Assembly (NCBI GenBank): GCA_963716255.1
Contig: OY970303.1
Span: forward strand, 1,568,001 to 1,632,000
Direction of reading: 5' to 3'
Origin: an uncultured Gemmatimonadales bacterium
Lineage (GTDB): Bacteria; Gemmatimonadota; Gemmatimonadetes; Longimicrobiales; Longimicrobiaceae
Length of the DNA stretch: 64,000 nt
Shown: positions 1-9,378 of the stretch, one piece after another
Position numbering within the stretch: the stretch's first letter is position 1
Layout of the letters: every line of letters starts with the position of its first letter
Notes under the pieces: model-generated
The model's input: only the letters and a program-made list of their open reading frames with translations
What the model was told of the DNA's origin: nothing
Databases searched by the model: none
Position numbers and translations under genes: made by a program

Positions 1-329
1 GCGCGTCTCACCCGGGTCTGGTCGGGCGGGTCGGCCTCGTTCATGATGGGATCGAAGCGCACCTGCGGCCGGGCGCTGGAAAAGTGCCCCGGGCTCTTGA
101 AGGCCTGCGACACCTCGTCGTAGCCGAGCACCAGCCACAGCCCGCGCTCCGGGAGGAAGTGGACCGGCCCCCGCTCGCGCAGCGCGGCGTAGTACGGGTA
201 GGGGTCCTGCATCACGTCCGGGTGCAGCAGGTCCCGCGGCTCCTGCCGCGGGTGCGGTGCGGCGGTGCGGCCCGCCAGGCGGCGCCGCACGCGGGCCGCC
301 AGCCGGAGGGTGCGCTCGAAGATCGACAA
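1..329 (-). CDS. Cytochrome P450, N-terminal part (runs off the window; absent from the ORF track)
   Basis: Minus-strand translation DPYPYYAALRERGPVHF...WLVLGYDEV...FSS...DPPDQTRVRR is a typical bacterial P450 N-terminus. TTG start at 329 is tentative. Confidence 0.8.
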   Translation of the reverse strand, partial: MSIFERTLRLAARVRRRLAGRTAAPHPRQEPRDLLHPDVMQDPYPYYAALRERGPVHFLPERGLWLVLGYDEVSQAFKSPGHFSSARPQVRFDPIMNEADPPDQTRVRR

Positions 330-362
330 GGCTCGCGGTCGTGGTGCGGGGGTGAAAAAGGG

Positions 363-1094
363 CTACAGGCCGCGGCGCGCGACGCAGTCCACGTCGATGA
401 GCGGGCGCGACGGGCTGGGCGCCACCGGGAAGAGCCCCGTGGGCTCGAAGCCGGCGTCGCGGATCGCCCGCATCGACCGCGCGAAGTCCGGCGCCCCGGT
501 GTACACGGGCTTCAGCGAGATCTCCATCTGCAGCCCCGCGATCCGATCCAGGCAGCCGGCGGCGCCGCCGAGCACGGCCAGGTCGGAGCCCTGCGTGTCC
601 GTCTTCAGGAACACCCGCCCGCTCGCGACGCCGGGCAGCCCGCCGAAGACGGCGTCCAGCCTCCGCACCCGCACGGGCTCGCGCGCGACGGTGTCCGAGA
701 GCCCCGGAAAGGTCCGCGCGCCGAAGTCGTTGACGGGGAGCAGGGAGCTGAGCTGCGACTCCCGCGCCACGTGGATCACCGCCTCCCCGTCCGCGGCTCC
801 CAGCGCGTACGGGAGCACCGTCCACCGTCCGTCGCGCGCGGCGCCGGAGCGGAGGACGCGGACGCTGGCGGGGACCGGCTCGAAGGACACGATGTGCCCC
901 CGGAAGCCGATCCGGCGGAGCATCCGCGCGTACTGGCCGTCGTTCGCCCCCACGTCCAGCACGCAGTCGACGGCGAGCGCGGCGAGGAGGGCTGCCAGGT
1001 GCCCCTCCAGCGAGTCCGCCGGGGGCGCCGCCGCGCCCTCCCGCCCCAGGAGCCGCATCGCCCGGCGCAGCACGCCGCCCACCTTGCGCTCCAT
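363..1094 (-). CDS. FkbM-family SAM-dependent methyltransferase
   Basis: VLDVGANDGQY, SFEP and LKTDTQGSDL motifs. Confidence 0.9.
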   Translation of the reverse strand: MERKVGGVLRRAMRLLGREGAAAPPADSLEGHLAALLAALAVDCVLDVGANDGQYARMLRRIGFRGHIVSFEPVPASVRVLRSGAARDGRWTVLPYALGAADGEAVIHVARESQLSSLLPVNDFGARTFPGLSDTVAREPVRVRRLDAVFGGLPGVASGRVFLKTDTQGSDLAVLGGAAGCLDRIAGLQMEISLKPVYTGAPDFARSMRAIRDAGFEPTGLFPVAPSPSRPLIDVDCVARRGL

Positions 1095-1109
1095 GGGGGG
1101 GGGATGCGC

Positions 1110-1934
1110 CTACAGCCGCGACACCAGGTGGGGGCGCGCCAGGCGGTAGCATCCCCACCCCACGGCGAGCCCCGCCACGCTCGCCGCCGCCACCGCGGCG
1201 AAGCCCGGCCCGGCGGGCGCCGCCGCGCCGGTGAGCCACCCGCGCGTGGCGACCAGCAGCGGCGAGACGGGGTTCAGCGCGGCCGGCCCAAACGCCGCCG
1301 GCGGGTAGATGACGGGGGTGAAAAAGAACCAGATCCCCAGGGCGAGCGATAGCCCGCGGGACACGTCCTGGTAGAGCAGCCCCACGGGGGTGAGCAGCAG
1401 CCCCATGCTGAAGCCCAGCAGGAGCAGCGCCGCCACCCCCAGCGGCGCCAGCAGCAGCGACGGGCTCCAGCGCACCCCGGACCAGAGGAGCACCGGCACC
1501 AGCACCGTCAGGCGCACCAGGAAGTTGAACCCCACCTCCAGCATCCCCGCCAGAAGCACCGCCTCGTGGGGGATGCGGCTGCGGGTCAGGATGGCGCGCG
1601 CGGCCGACAGCTGCTGGAGCGGGGCGTTCAGCGCGTCCGCGAACACCTGCCAGAGGAGCGTGCCGGTGAGCACGTAGACGGGATACGGCAGGTCGGTGCG
1701 GCCCACGTCCAGGATGCGGGCGGAGTTGAGGTACACCCACGCCCCGGAGGTCGCCAGCGGCGGGAGCAGGAGCCACAGGTAGCCCAGCCAGCTCTGCCGG
1801 TACCCCGCCTGCAGCCGCCGCACGAACAGGTGCCATGCCACCGGGGGAGCCACCCGCAGGTCAGAGCGGACGGCCGCCGCGAAGGCCCCCGGCGAGCGGA
1901 GCTGCGAGTCCGCCGAATACACCACCTCTTCCAT
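1110..1934 (-). CDS. ABC-2 polysaccharide export permease (Wzm-like)
   Basis: YRQSWLGYLW, YQDV and TPVIYP...LNP motifs; multiple hydrophobic segments; start at MEEVVYS. Confidence 0.85.
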   Translation of the reverse strand: MEEVVYSADSQLRSPGAFAAAVRSDLRVAPPVAWHLFVRRLQAGYRQSWLGYLWLLLPPLATSGAWVYLNSARILDVGRTDLPYPVYVLTGTLLWQVFADALNAPLQQLSAARAILTRSRIPHEAVLLAGMLEVGFNFLVRLTVLVPVLLWSGVRWSPSLLLAPLGVAALLLLGFSMGLLLTPVGLLYQDVSRGLSLALGIWFFFTPVIYPPAAFGPAALNPVSPLLVATRGWLTGAAAPAGPGFAAVAAASVAGLAVGWGCYRLARPHLVSRL

Positions 1935-2166
1935 GCCGCCGTCCAGGCTCCCGCCGGGGTTCCGCCGCCCTCCGGCGGCGCGCCGGAAGCACCCGATCTT
2001 ACGCGCGCGGGGGCGGCGGAACAAGTCGCGGCCGGGAAACGCGCCCGCCCGGCGGGGGCGTCCTCCGCCGGGCAAGGATCTTGAGGGGCCCCCGCCGGTC
2101 CGCGGCCGCCCATGAGCGGCCGCCTTTCGCCACACCCACGGGCACGACGCGGCGCGTCGGGGGGAC

Positions 2167-2898
2167 ATGAGCGCATCCGCCACGCAGCCGCCGGTGCTGC
2201 GCACCTCCGCGGGGGAGTTCCCTCTGCACGAGTACCGCCTGGGGATGGCCGGGCGCGAGTGGAGCGTGCTGCACACCGCCGCGGTCCTGAGCTTCGCGGA
2301 CGAGCAGCACTTCCTGCGCGAGATGCGGGAGCACCTGCCTTACGGCGTGGTCCTGTGGCCGGCGGCCATCGCCCTGGCCCACGACGTGGCGTCGCGGGCG
2401 GAGGCGTTTCGCGGCCGGACGGTGCTGGAGCTGGGGGCGGGCACGGGGCTGCCGGGGATCGTCGCGGCGACGCTGGGCGCGCGGGTGGTGCAGACCGACC
2501 GGCAGGAGGTGGCGATGTCGGTCTGCCGGCGCAACGGCGAGCGCAACGGCGCCGCGGGGATCGAGCACCGCCTGGCGGACTGGACGGAGTGGGCCGACGA
2601 GGCGCGCTACGACTGGATCCTGGGCTCGGACATCCTGTACGGCGAGGTCATGCACCCGCACCTCCGCCGCATCTTCGAGCGCAACCTGGCGCCCGGCGGC
2701 CGGGTGCTGCTCGCGGACCCGTTCCGCGCGACGAGCCTGCGCCTGCTGGAGGCGCTGGAGGCGGACGGCTGGACGGTGGCCATCGCCAAGTGGAACGTGG
2801 GCGCGGAGGAGACGCCGCGCCCCGTGGGGGTCTTCGAGCTGGCGCCTCCGGCCTCTACGGCCGGCGGGGAGGCGGGGCCTGCCAGAGCACGTGGGTGA
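2167..2898 (+). CDS. Class I SAM methyltransferase (METTL21/lysine methyltransferase-like)
   Basis: PYGVVLWPAA, VLELGAGTGLPG and ILGSDILY motifs. Confidence 0.85.
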   Translation: MSASATQPPVLRTSAGEFPLHEYRLGMAGREWSVLHTAAVLSFADEQHFLREMREHLPYGVVLWPAAIALAHDVASRAEAFRGRTVLELGAGTGLPGIVAATLGARVVQTDRQEVAMSVCRRNGERNGAAGIEHRLADWTEWADEARYDWILGSDILYGEVMHPHLRRIFERNLAPGGRVLLADPFRATSLRLLEALEADGWTVAIAKWNVGAEETPRPVGVFELAPPASTAGGEAGPARARG

Positions 2899-3304
2899 TC
2901 ATCCAGCGCCCGTCGATCTTCGCGAGCAGGAGGTAGTCGGACCCCCACCAGGCGGTCAGCCCGGCGCTTGCGGTCTGGTCCTGCACGTCGAAGAGCCGGA
3001 TCTCCCTGGGCGCCCCCGCGGGAGGGCGGTTGCGCCCGGCCTGCACCCCGCGGGCGAAGCTCATGAAGCCGGCGTACGGCATGGCCATGCCGCGGTAGCC
3101 GGCTCCCCCCTCCCCCCGCCCGAACCCGTACTTGCGCACCTCGGGCCAGACGCTGCGCTGGAGCTTGATGGTGTCGCCCTCGTAGAAGCCTTCCACGTAG
3201 TCCAGCACGGCCCGCTGCACGCCGGCGCGGTCGTCGGGCTGCTGCGCGCGCAGACATACGGGGGACAGGGCCAGCACCGCGACGATCAGGAGCAGACGAC
3301 GCAC
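2855..3304 (-). CDS. Secreted NTF2-like (lumazine-binding-like) protein
   Basis: Signal peptide, AVLDYVEGFYEGD, DYLLLAKIDGRWMI; GTG start inferred. Confidence 0.75.
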   Translation of the reverse strand: MRRLLLIVAVLALSPVCLRAQQPDDRAGVQRAVLDYVEGFYEGDTIKLQRSVWPEVRKYGFGRGEGGAGYRGMAMPYAGFMSFARGVQAGRNRPPAGAPREIRLFDVQDQTASAGLTAWWGSDYLLLAKIDGRWMITHVLWQAPPPRRP

Positions 3305-3655
3305 GTTCCACCTCCGGGAGGGAGCCGATTCAGCCAGGGAGCACGGGGACTGGACGGACGACAGGGAAGATGCGTGCTCGCCGCCCCGCCGGGCCCAAGT
3401 GCGGACGGGGCCGTCCCTTGCGCGGAAGCGGCCGCGCGCGGCGGCTTCGGCAATGCGCGGACGTGGGACGGAGCCGTTCCGATACCGGACAGGCCGCGGA
3501 CCGCCCCGGCGCCGCGCGGGGTCGCCCGGTCTCGCGCGGCGGCGGCGCACGCGCGTCCCCCGCGGGAGCATCCGTGCGCCGGGACCGCGCGCCGGCTATC
3601 TTCCTCCCCACGGGATGGATCCGGCGCGAAACCCCTGGCTCCCGGGAGCGTCCAC

Positions 3656-5140
3656 ATGCAGGATCCCACGGCCCTGACCGTCCCCCGGGCTCGCACCGCC
3701 TCGGCGCGCCTCCCCCTCCCCGCCCGCCGGCCGCTCGCGCCGGCCTTCGCCGCAGTGCTGCTGGCGCTCGCCGCCTGCGGGACGCGCGTGGACGTCCCCG
3801 CGCCGGACACGGCGGCCGCCACGCTCCCCTTTCCCGAACCGCCGCCCTCGGTGGTCACCCTCCCCATCTCGCTGGAGCTGGGCGCGGTGGTGCGCAAGGT
3901 GGAGGGGCTGGTGCCCCGCACCCAGAGCCGCGAGGACGAGTGGCACCCCATGGGCAAGGTGCCGGTGCTGGGGACGCTGTACGTGAAGGAGATGTGGGAG
4001 CGCGACCCGCTTGAGGTGGGGCTGGACGGGGACGGGGTGGAGGTGAGCGCGCAGGTCCGCTACCGCGCCCGCATCGCCGAGCAGACGTGCTTTCCCCGCC
4101 TGGGGTGCCGCTGGACGCAGCTGGCCTGGTGCGGCCACGAGGGGACCATGCCGTCGCTGCGCGTGGGGCTGCACACGCGGCTGCGCTGGCGGCGCGACTG
4201 GACGGTGGAGCCGGCCACCACGGCGGCCCCGGTGGAGGCGGGCGCGCCCTGCCGCCTCACGCGCGCCAACGTGGACGTGAGCGAGCGGGTGCGGAACGCG
4301 GTGCAGGGGCTGCTGGACGGCGCGGTGCCGCAGGTGGACGCGGAGATGCGCAAGGCGCTGGTGCTGCGGAGCCGGGTGGAGGAGGTGTGGGACCGGCTCC
4401 AGGAGCCGATCCCCGCCGGCAAGGGGGTGTTCCTGCTCTTCCGCCCGGAGGCGGTCGCGGTGGCGGAGCCCACGGCCCGGGGCACGCGGATGAGCACCAC
4501 GGTGGCGGTGACCACGCGGCCGCGGGTGGTGCTGGGGGATCGTCCGGTGACGCAGGCGCTGCCGCTCCCCGACTTCTCGCGCGAGGTGCCGAAGGCGGGC
4601 GAGTTCCGCATCAACCTGGTGGCGGAGCTGCCCTACGAGACGGCCAACCGGCTGCTGGCGGATGCGCTGGTGGGCAAGGTGGTGGAGCTGCGCGGGCACC
4701 GGGTGAAGGTGCGGGGGGTGCAGCTGTACCCGGGCGGGGGCGAGCGGCTGGCGCTGGCGGTGAAGGTGGGCGGGGACGCGCGGGGCACGCTGTACTTCGT
4801 GGGGACGCCCATCTACAACCCGGTGGCGCAGACGGTCGTCGTGCCGGACCTGGACTTCTCGGTGGAGAGCCGCAACGTGCTGGGGCGGAGCGCGGACTGG
4901 CTCCTGCACGACGAGATGCGCGACCGGATCCGGGCGGCGGCGCAATTTTCCGTGGGGGACCGGGTGGCGGACATCCGGGCCAAGGTGAACACGGCGATGA
5001 ACCGCAACCTGGGGAAGGCGGTGCGGCTGAGCGGGCACGTGGAGAGCCTGCGGCCGGTGGGGGTCGTGGTCACGCAGACGGCCATCGCCACGCTGGTGGA
5101 GGCGGACGGGCGGGCGCGGGTGGACATCACGATCCGGTAG
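3656..5140 (+). CDS. DUF4403-family lipoprotein
   Basis: Lipobox LAAC, PSVVTLPI, GTLYFVGTP.YN...DLDF; start at MQDP inferred. Confidence 0.7.
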   Translation: MQDPTALTVPRARTASARLPLPARRPLAPAFAAVLLALAACGTRVDVPAPDTAAATLPFPEPPPSVVTLPISLELGAVVRKVEGLVPRTQSREDEWHPMGKVPVLGTLYVKEMWERDPLEVGLDGDGVEVSAQVRYRARIAEQTCFPRLGCRWTQLAWCGHEGTMPSLRVGLHTRLRWRRDWTVEPATTAAPVEAGAPCRLTRANVDVSERVRNAVQGLLDGAVPQVDAEMRKALVLRSRVEEVWDRLQEPIPAGKGVFLLFRPEAVAVAEPTARGTRMSTTVAVTTRPRVVLGDRPVTQALPLPDFSREVPKAGEFRINLVAELPYETANRLLADALVGKVVELRGHRVKVRGVQLYPGGGERLALAVKVGGDARGTLYFVGTPIYNPVAQTVVVPDLDFSVESRNVLGRSADWLLHDEMRDRIRAAAQFSVGDRVADIRAKVNTAMNRNLGKAVRLSGHVESLRPVGVVVTQTAIATLVEADGRARVDITIR

Positions 5141-5265
5141 AGTGGATGTTGGCGGCTACGCAGACATTCGCGACCTCGATGTCTCTCGCAGCGTTGAACC
5201 AACGCTACCGGAGCGAGGTGACCCCACGTTCCCTCAACTGCTGACATGCCAATTTGCGCACTGTA

Positions 5266-6192
5266 TCAGACGATGGGGCTGCGAGGCGAAACGAAAGTAG
5301 AAATCCCGTGTGCTTCGCATCGACTTTCTACGTCCGAATGAATTGAATGAGCTACCAGTATGCAGCGCACCTCTTCTGGTCGCCTACCGAAGATATAACT
5401 GAGCATGGCGCGGTACTTCATACATTGGAGAGGTCCAACGATCTCGTCATTCTTGCAATCGACTTCTACTTCGACCACAACGAATCGATCGAAGGAGTCT
5501 TTCAGGATGACATCGATTCTGTCCCCCGTGGGAAGTGACCATTCGACCCGCCAAAGCTTCAATCCAGACTCACCGAGCATCAACTCGGGATCGGCCGCAA
5601 TTCGCTCCTTCAGCTCTCGGTGTTCGGGGCCTTCTCCGCCGGGCCCACCCCACGCTGGTTTCTGAGCTTCTAACTGACGAATTGCTTCACGTTCGGCCGC
5701 ATTTCGCGAAAACGCCGCCCACAAACTCTGGTACTCCGTTTCCGATAGGCGTCGGAGGCCTGAATGCTGCTCGCCCAGACCCCGAAACATGTAATTGTCC
5801 GCGTAGCCCAGAATGCGCGCTACATCTTTGGGGGGAATGAAACCGGCGGTACTTAGAGTTTCCGTGGGTGCACAGTACCGCCACCAGAGCTTCGTTCCAT
5901 CGGTATACTCTTGTGGACTGGAATTGTCCGGTTGGTAGGCCAGTTCGGTAACTCGACCCACCGAAACAATTCCCATGCGTCCTTCGCGGCACGGAACTCG
6001 ACGCTCACTCCCGTCCGCTCTCTGCTCGACGAGAGTACGCCCCCAGCGTGATTCATAGAAGAAGACGAGATCACCGGGCGCGACCCGCTCGATAACCTGA
6101 CGCTTCCCATCAACTACCCAGACACCGAACGGCGGGGTCTCAGCAGGCTCATTCACCCGCTGTGGCCAGTGTGTCGTCAACCAATAAACCAT
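5266..6192 (-). CDS. EVE/PUA-like domain fused to a NucS-like PD-(D/E)XK nuclease (putative modification-dependent endonuclease)
   Basis: N-terminal YWL...PGDLVFFY...GIV.VGRV; C-terminal RIDVILKD...VVVEVE...GPLQCMKY; lower GC than flanks. Confidence 0.65.
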   Translation of the reverse strand: MVYWLTTHWPQRVNEPAETPPFGVWVVDGKRQVIERVAPGDLVFFYESRWGRTLVEQRADGSERRVPCREGRMGIVSVGRVTELAYQPDNSSPQEYTDGTKLWWRYCAPTETLSTAGFIPPKDVARILGYADNYMFRGLGEQHSGLRRLSETEYQSLWAAFSRNAAEREAIRQLEAQKPAWGGPGGEGPEHRELKERIAADPELMLGESGLKLWRVEWSLPTGDRIDVILKDSFDRFVVVEVEVDCKNDEIVGPLQCMKYRAMLSYIFGRRPEEVRCILVAHSIHSDVESRCEAHGISTFVSPRSPIV

Positions 6193-6286
6193 GAAGCCTT
6201 TACGAGGAAGAATGGTCCCGTTCAGCGAGCCTGGGCGCTTCAACCGTTGCGAAGGATATACAACCCCTGTACCCTGCGGAGAAGGA

Positions 6287-7288
6287 TCAAGAAAGAATAC
6301 GAACGATCTCACTCAGGAGAACATCAAGCTCACGCGAGAAATTTACCTGAGTGGGTGTGGGTAACGACTCCCGGTTGCGAATCTGCAAATGTAGATGTGC
6401 ATCAGCGACCTTACGAGCCGAGTTGCTGAGGTGATTCATAGATTCTTTGAACGACTTCGCACCCGGGTAATTGCTGGCTACCTCAGCGAACGACTTCATC
6501 TCAAACAAAGGTGGGACGTGATCCATGACAGCGCGTGTGAGCATCGCCGTGGCGAAGATACAATGATTTTCTGCGCAAAGATTCAGTTCTTCACAAAGCG
6601 CGATGAGCCGGCGTAGATCGAACGAAGGGTGCGAAATTGCCCGTAGCTCCTCCAGCCGTGAATGATGGACGAACTCCGGCGAGCTTCCCAGCGCATCTGA
6701 TCCGTCATGAAGAGGGGCCACCTTCGGCGTCGCTTCATTCCACATCTGGAACTGATTTCGATTTGCAATCTGTTCGTCTTCCTCAGCGCGTTTCAAAGCA
6801 GAATAGAAGTCGCTGAGAGTCTGGACGTCATCCAGGTACCAAATATGATGACTTGGCGAGATGAAGACGTCGCCCGACTGGTGCCGGCCTATACTACGCC
6901 AGATTCCCGGAGCATTGTAGACTAGCTCGCCGAGCCGCCGCAGTTCCAGATCCGAAAGGCTCAGGCTTGCGACGACTTCCGACAGCTGCAAGTTATCATT
7001 GGCTTCCGACTCGAGGTATCGTGCAGCCAGAGCACGAACGGCCCTTAGGAAGTGCTGGATATCCAGATCTGAACCTTTGCAAGAAGCTACCCCTTGCAGA
7101 GTAAGCCTGCAGACTCCTCCCTGGCTTGACCGTTCACAGATGATCAGTTGTTGTCCGACTTCTGCTGCGATCTTCGCAATATTGCCCAAGTGGCGGAGCT
7201 TTATTTGAAGTCGGGTAGTTTGAGGCCACTCTCCCCGCTCTTGGAAGTGGGAAAAAACAGAGTGCAACAATTCCTCGTGTGCGTCCAT
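6287..7288 (-). CDS. Hypothetical protein with a C-terminal HEPN-like domain
   Basis: Long ORF in the low-GC islet; helical C-terminus with AMLTRAVMD and RKVADAHLH (Rx5H-like). Confidence 0.5.
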   Translation of the reverse strand: MDAHEELLHSVFSHFQERGEWPQTTRLQIKLRHLGNIAKIAAEVGQQLIICERSSQGGVCRLTLQGVASCKGSDLDIQHFLRAVRALAARYLESEANDNLQLSEVVASLSLSDLELRRLGELVYNAPGIWRSIGRHQSGDVFISPSHHIWYLDDVQTLSDFYSALKRAEEDEQIANRNQFQMWNEATPKVAPLHDGSDALGSSPEFVHHSRLEELRAISHPSFDLRRLIALCEELNLCAENHCIFATAMLTRAVMDHVPPLFEMKSFAEVASNYPGAKSFKESMNHLSNSARKVADAHLHLQIRNRESLPTPTQVNFSRELDVLLSEIVRILS

Positions 7289-7573
7289 CGGCCGAGTACG
7301 TGTATGGATGAGAAATGTACAGACGGAAGAGGTTTTGTAATTGCACCGGGAGGGGGTCGCGCGCAAGTGCCAAGCATCGCCGGGCACGACATCAGCAATA
7401 AGCCAACCTCCGACCCGCCCGACGCGCGGGCTAAGGTGACGGCAAGAACCTTCGACCACGGACCGGCTCGCAGCGGCTTCCCCTCACCACCTTTCCAGCG
7501 ATACCCTCAGCTCCCGCCACCTGCCGAGCCGGGTGGACTCGTTGCACCACCGCGCAGCCCGGCACCCACGTCA

Positions 7574-7619
7574 ACGGGAGAAGGGCCCCGCCGACCGTCC
7601 GGCAGGGCCCTTCTCCCGT
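7574..7619. terminator. 15-bp perfect inverted repeat, terminator-like, downstream of the YciI gene
   Basis: acgggagaagggccc ... gggcccttctcccgt; no U-tract. Confidence 0.5.
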
Positions 7620-7665
7620 CCAGCCGCCGTTGCGGATGCCTACCCGCTGCGACCCCGCGCCGCGG

Positions 7666-8091
7666 CTACGTCCCGGCCTCCGCCCCCGCGTGATCCGCCG
7701 CGAAGCCGGGGATGTCCTCAGCGCCGAAGAGCGGGCGGATCTCCAGCTCGCCCTCGTACTCCGGGCCCATCACCTCCGCGTGCACCGCCATGAACTGCCT
7801 CCCCAGCTCCAGCGCGTCCTCCAGCGACCGCACCTCCATGATCGCATAGCCGCCCACCAGCTCCTTGGCCTCCGCGAACGGCCCGTCGACGGTCGACACC
7901 CGGCCGCCCGCCAGCCGCACGCGCGCGCCCCTGGCGCTGGGCAGCAGACCGCCGCTGTCGATCATCCCCACCAGCAGCCCCGACGCCATCTGCTCCTCGG
8001 TGAGCCTGCCGATCGCCGCCATCAGCTCCGGGTTCGGCGGGAGGCCGGCCTCCGACTCGGGGGTGGCCTTCACCAGCATCATGAATCGCAT
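7666..8091 (-). CDS. YciI/DGPF-family protein
   Basis: MRFMMLVKA start and DGPFAEAKELVGGYA motif. Confidence 0.9.
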   Translation of the reverse strand: MRFMMLVKATPESEAGLPPNPELMAAIGRLTEEQMASGLLVGMIDSGGLLPSARGARVRLAGGRVSTVDGPFAEAKELVGGYAIMEVRSLEDALELGRQFMAVHAEVMGPEYEGELEIRPLFGAEDIPGFAADHAGAEAGT

Positions 8092-8288
8092 GTCGTGTCT
8101 TCCTCGCGGTTGAGGTCGCGAGCCGCGCACGGCCGATCCCGGCCAGGCGTGAGCGGCGGCTCCACCGGTACGTCGATCGCGGGCCAGCGAATTCGACACG
8201 CCGGACGACACGGGTGGCCGCATCCACAGCGGCTGCATCGCGAAACCCGGGCTGGAGTTCGGCGAGCGTTCAGATCGCTGTCACCGCG

Positions 8289-8582
8289 TCACCCGGGAGA
8301 CAGCGGCCCGGCCGGCAGGGCGGCCACCGCCGCGGCCGCCTCCGCGGACGTGACCACGGGCACCACCTCGAAGTCGACGAGGTCGCGCCACTGCGCCATC
8401 CATGCCTCCAGGAGCGCCGCGTCGTCGCACTCCATCACCTGGAAGCAGCGGCGCAGGTCCTCCGTCACCCAGCTGGACACGTAGGCGAGCCCCGCGGGCG
8501 CCAGGCGGCCCCGCTCGGCGAAGCGGCGGTAGACCGGGCGCGGGTCGCCGTCCCGGAACGTCTCGATGACCAGGAAGAGCAT
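8289..8582 (-). CDS. DUF3303-like small protein
   Basis: MLFLVIETF...SWV...CFQVME...WRDLVDFEVVPV. Confidence 0.7.
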   Translation of the reverse strand: MLFLVIETFRDGDPRPVYRRFAERGRLAPAGLAYVSSWVTEDLRRCFQVMECDDAALLEAWMAQWRDLVDFEVVPVVTSAEAAAAVAALPAGPLSPG

Positions 8583-8721
8583 GCGCGGAGGGGGGCGAGG
8601 GGCTCGCGAAGGGCCGGCAGCCGCAATCTCTGCCCCGCCCTCCCGGCCCGCAAGGAAGACGCGACGGGCGCCGTCCACCCCGCTACACCCCGCGAGAAAG
8701 TGGCGCCGTCGCGCTCACACC

Positions 8722-9285
8722 TCAGGGCACCGGATCGGAAGCCGAGCCGTGCGCGTCACCCGCCAGGCCCGCCGCGCCACCCGCCGACCGCACCGCCGGG
8801 CTCAGGAGCCAGTCGTGCTCCCACAGCCCCCCGTGCCCGTGCTGCCGCAGCACCGTCGCGACCTGCGCCCAGTGGCGGATCCCGTGGACCAGGGTGTGGA
8901 CCACCACCGTGTGCGCCCTCGCCTCGATCCGGCCGAGCTTGCGGGTGTCCGAGACCAGCACCCGGTCCAGCCCCTCCGGAGTGGCCTCGCGGAGGAAGCG
9001 GTCGCGCAGCGAGGCCGCGGTCCGGTGGATCTCCCACAGCTCCGCGGCGGTCCCGTCCGCCAGCTCCTCGTACCCGCTCACGGGCTCGCCCACGAGCCGC
9101 TGCGCGTAGCGGAGCTCCACCGCGAAGATGTGCTTGACCAGCGTCCGGACCGTGCCGTCGGCGCCCGGACCCAGCGGGAGGTCGAGCGCCCCGGCCGGCG
9201 CGCTCTCCAGCCACTCCCGCCACCGCTCCGTCTCGCCGTCCACGTACGCCGCGAGCACGCCGATCTCCACGCTCCGTTCAGCCAT
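8722..9285 (-). CDS. DinB-family protein
   Basis: TLVKHIFAVE and HTLVHGIRHWAQ metal-binding His pattern. Confidence 0.85.
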   Translation of the reverse strand: MAERSVEIGVLAAYVDGETERWREWLESAPAGALDLPLGPGADGTVRTLVKHIFAVELRYAQRLVGEPVSGYEELADGTAAELWEIHRTAASLRDRFLREATPEGLDRVLVSDTRKLGRIEARAHTVVVHTLVHGIRHWAQVATVLRQHGHGGLWEHDWLLSPAVRSAGGAAGLAGDAHGSASDPVP

Positions 9286-9359
9286 GCGCCGTCCTCCGGT
9301 GCCCAGGTGGTGTCCGCTCCCTCCACCGATCTTGCAGCGCCGGCGACATGTCGTCAATC

Positions 9360-9375
9360 TTGATCCACGAATCAA
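9360..9375. promoter_or_regulatory. Palindrome TTGAT-N6-ATCAA between the divergent DinB and HTH-citrate-synthase genes (candidate operator)
   Basis: ttgatccacgaatcaa in a short AT-rich intergenic gap. Confidence 0.35.
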
Positions 9376-9378
9376 CCT

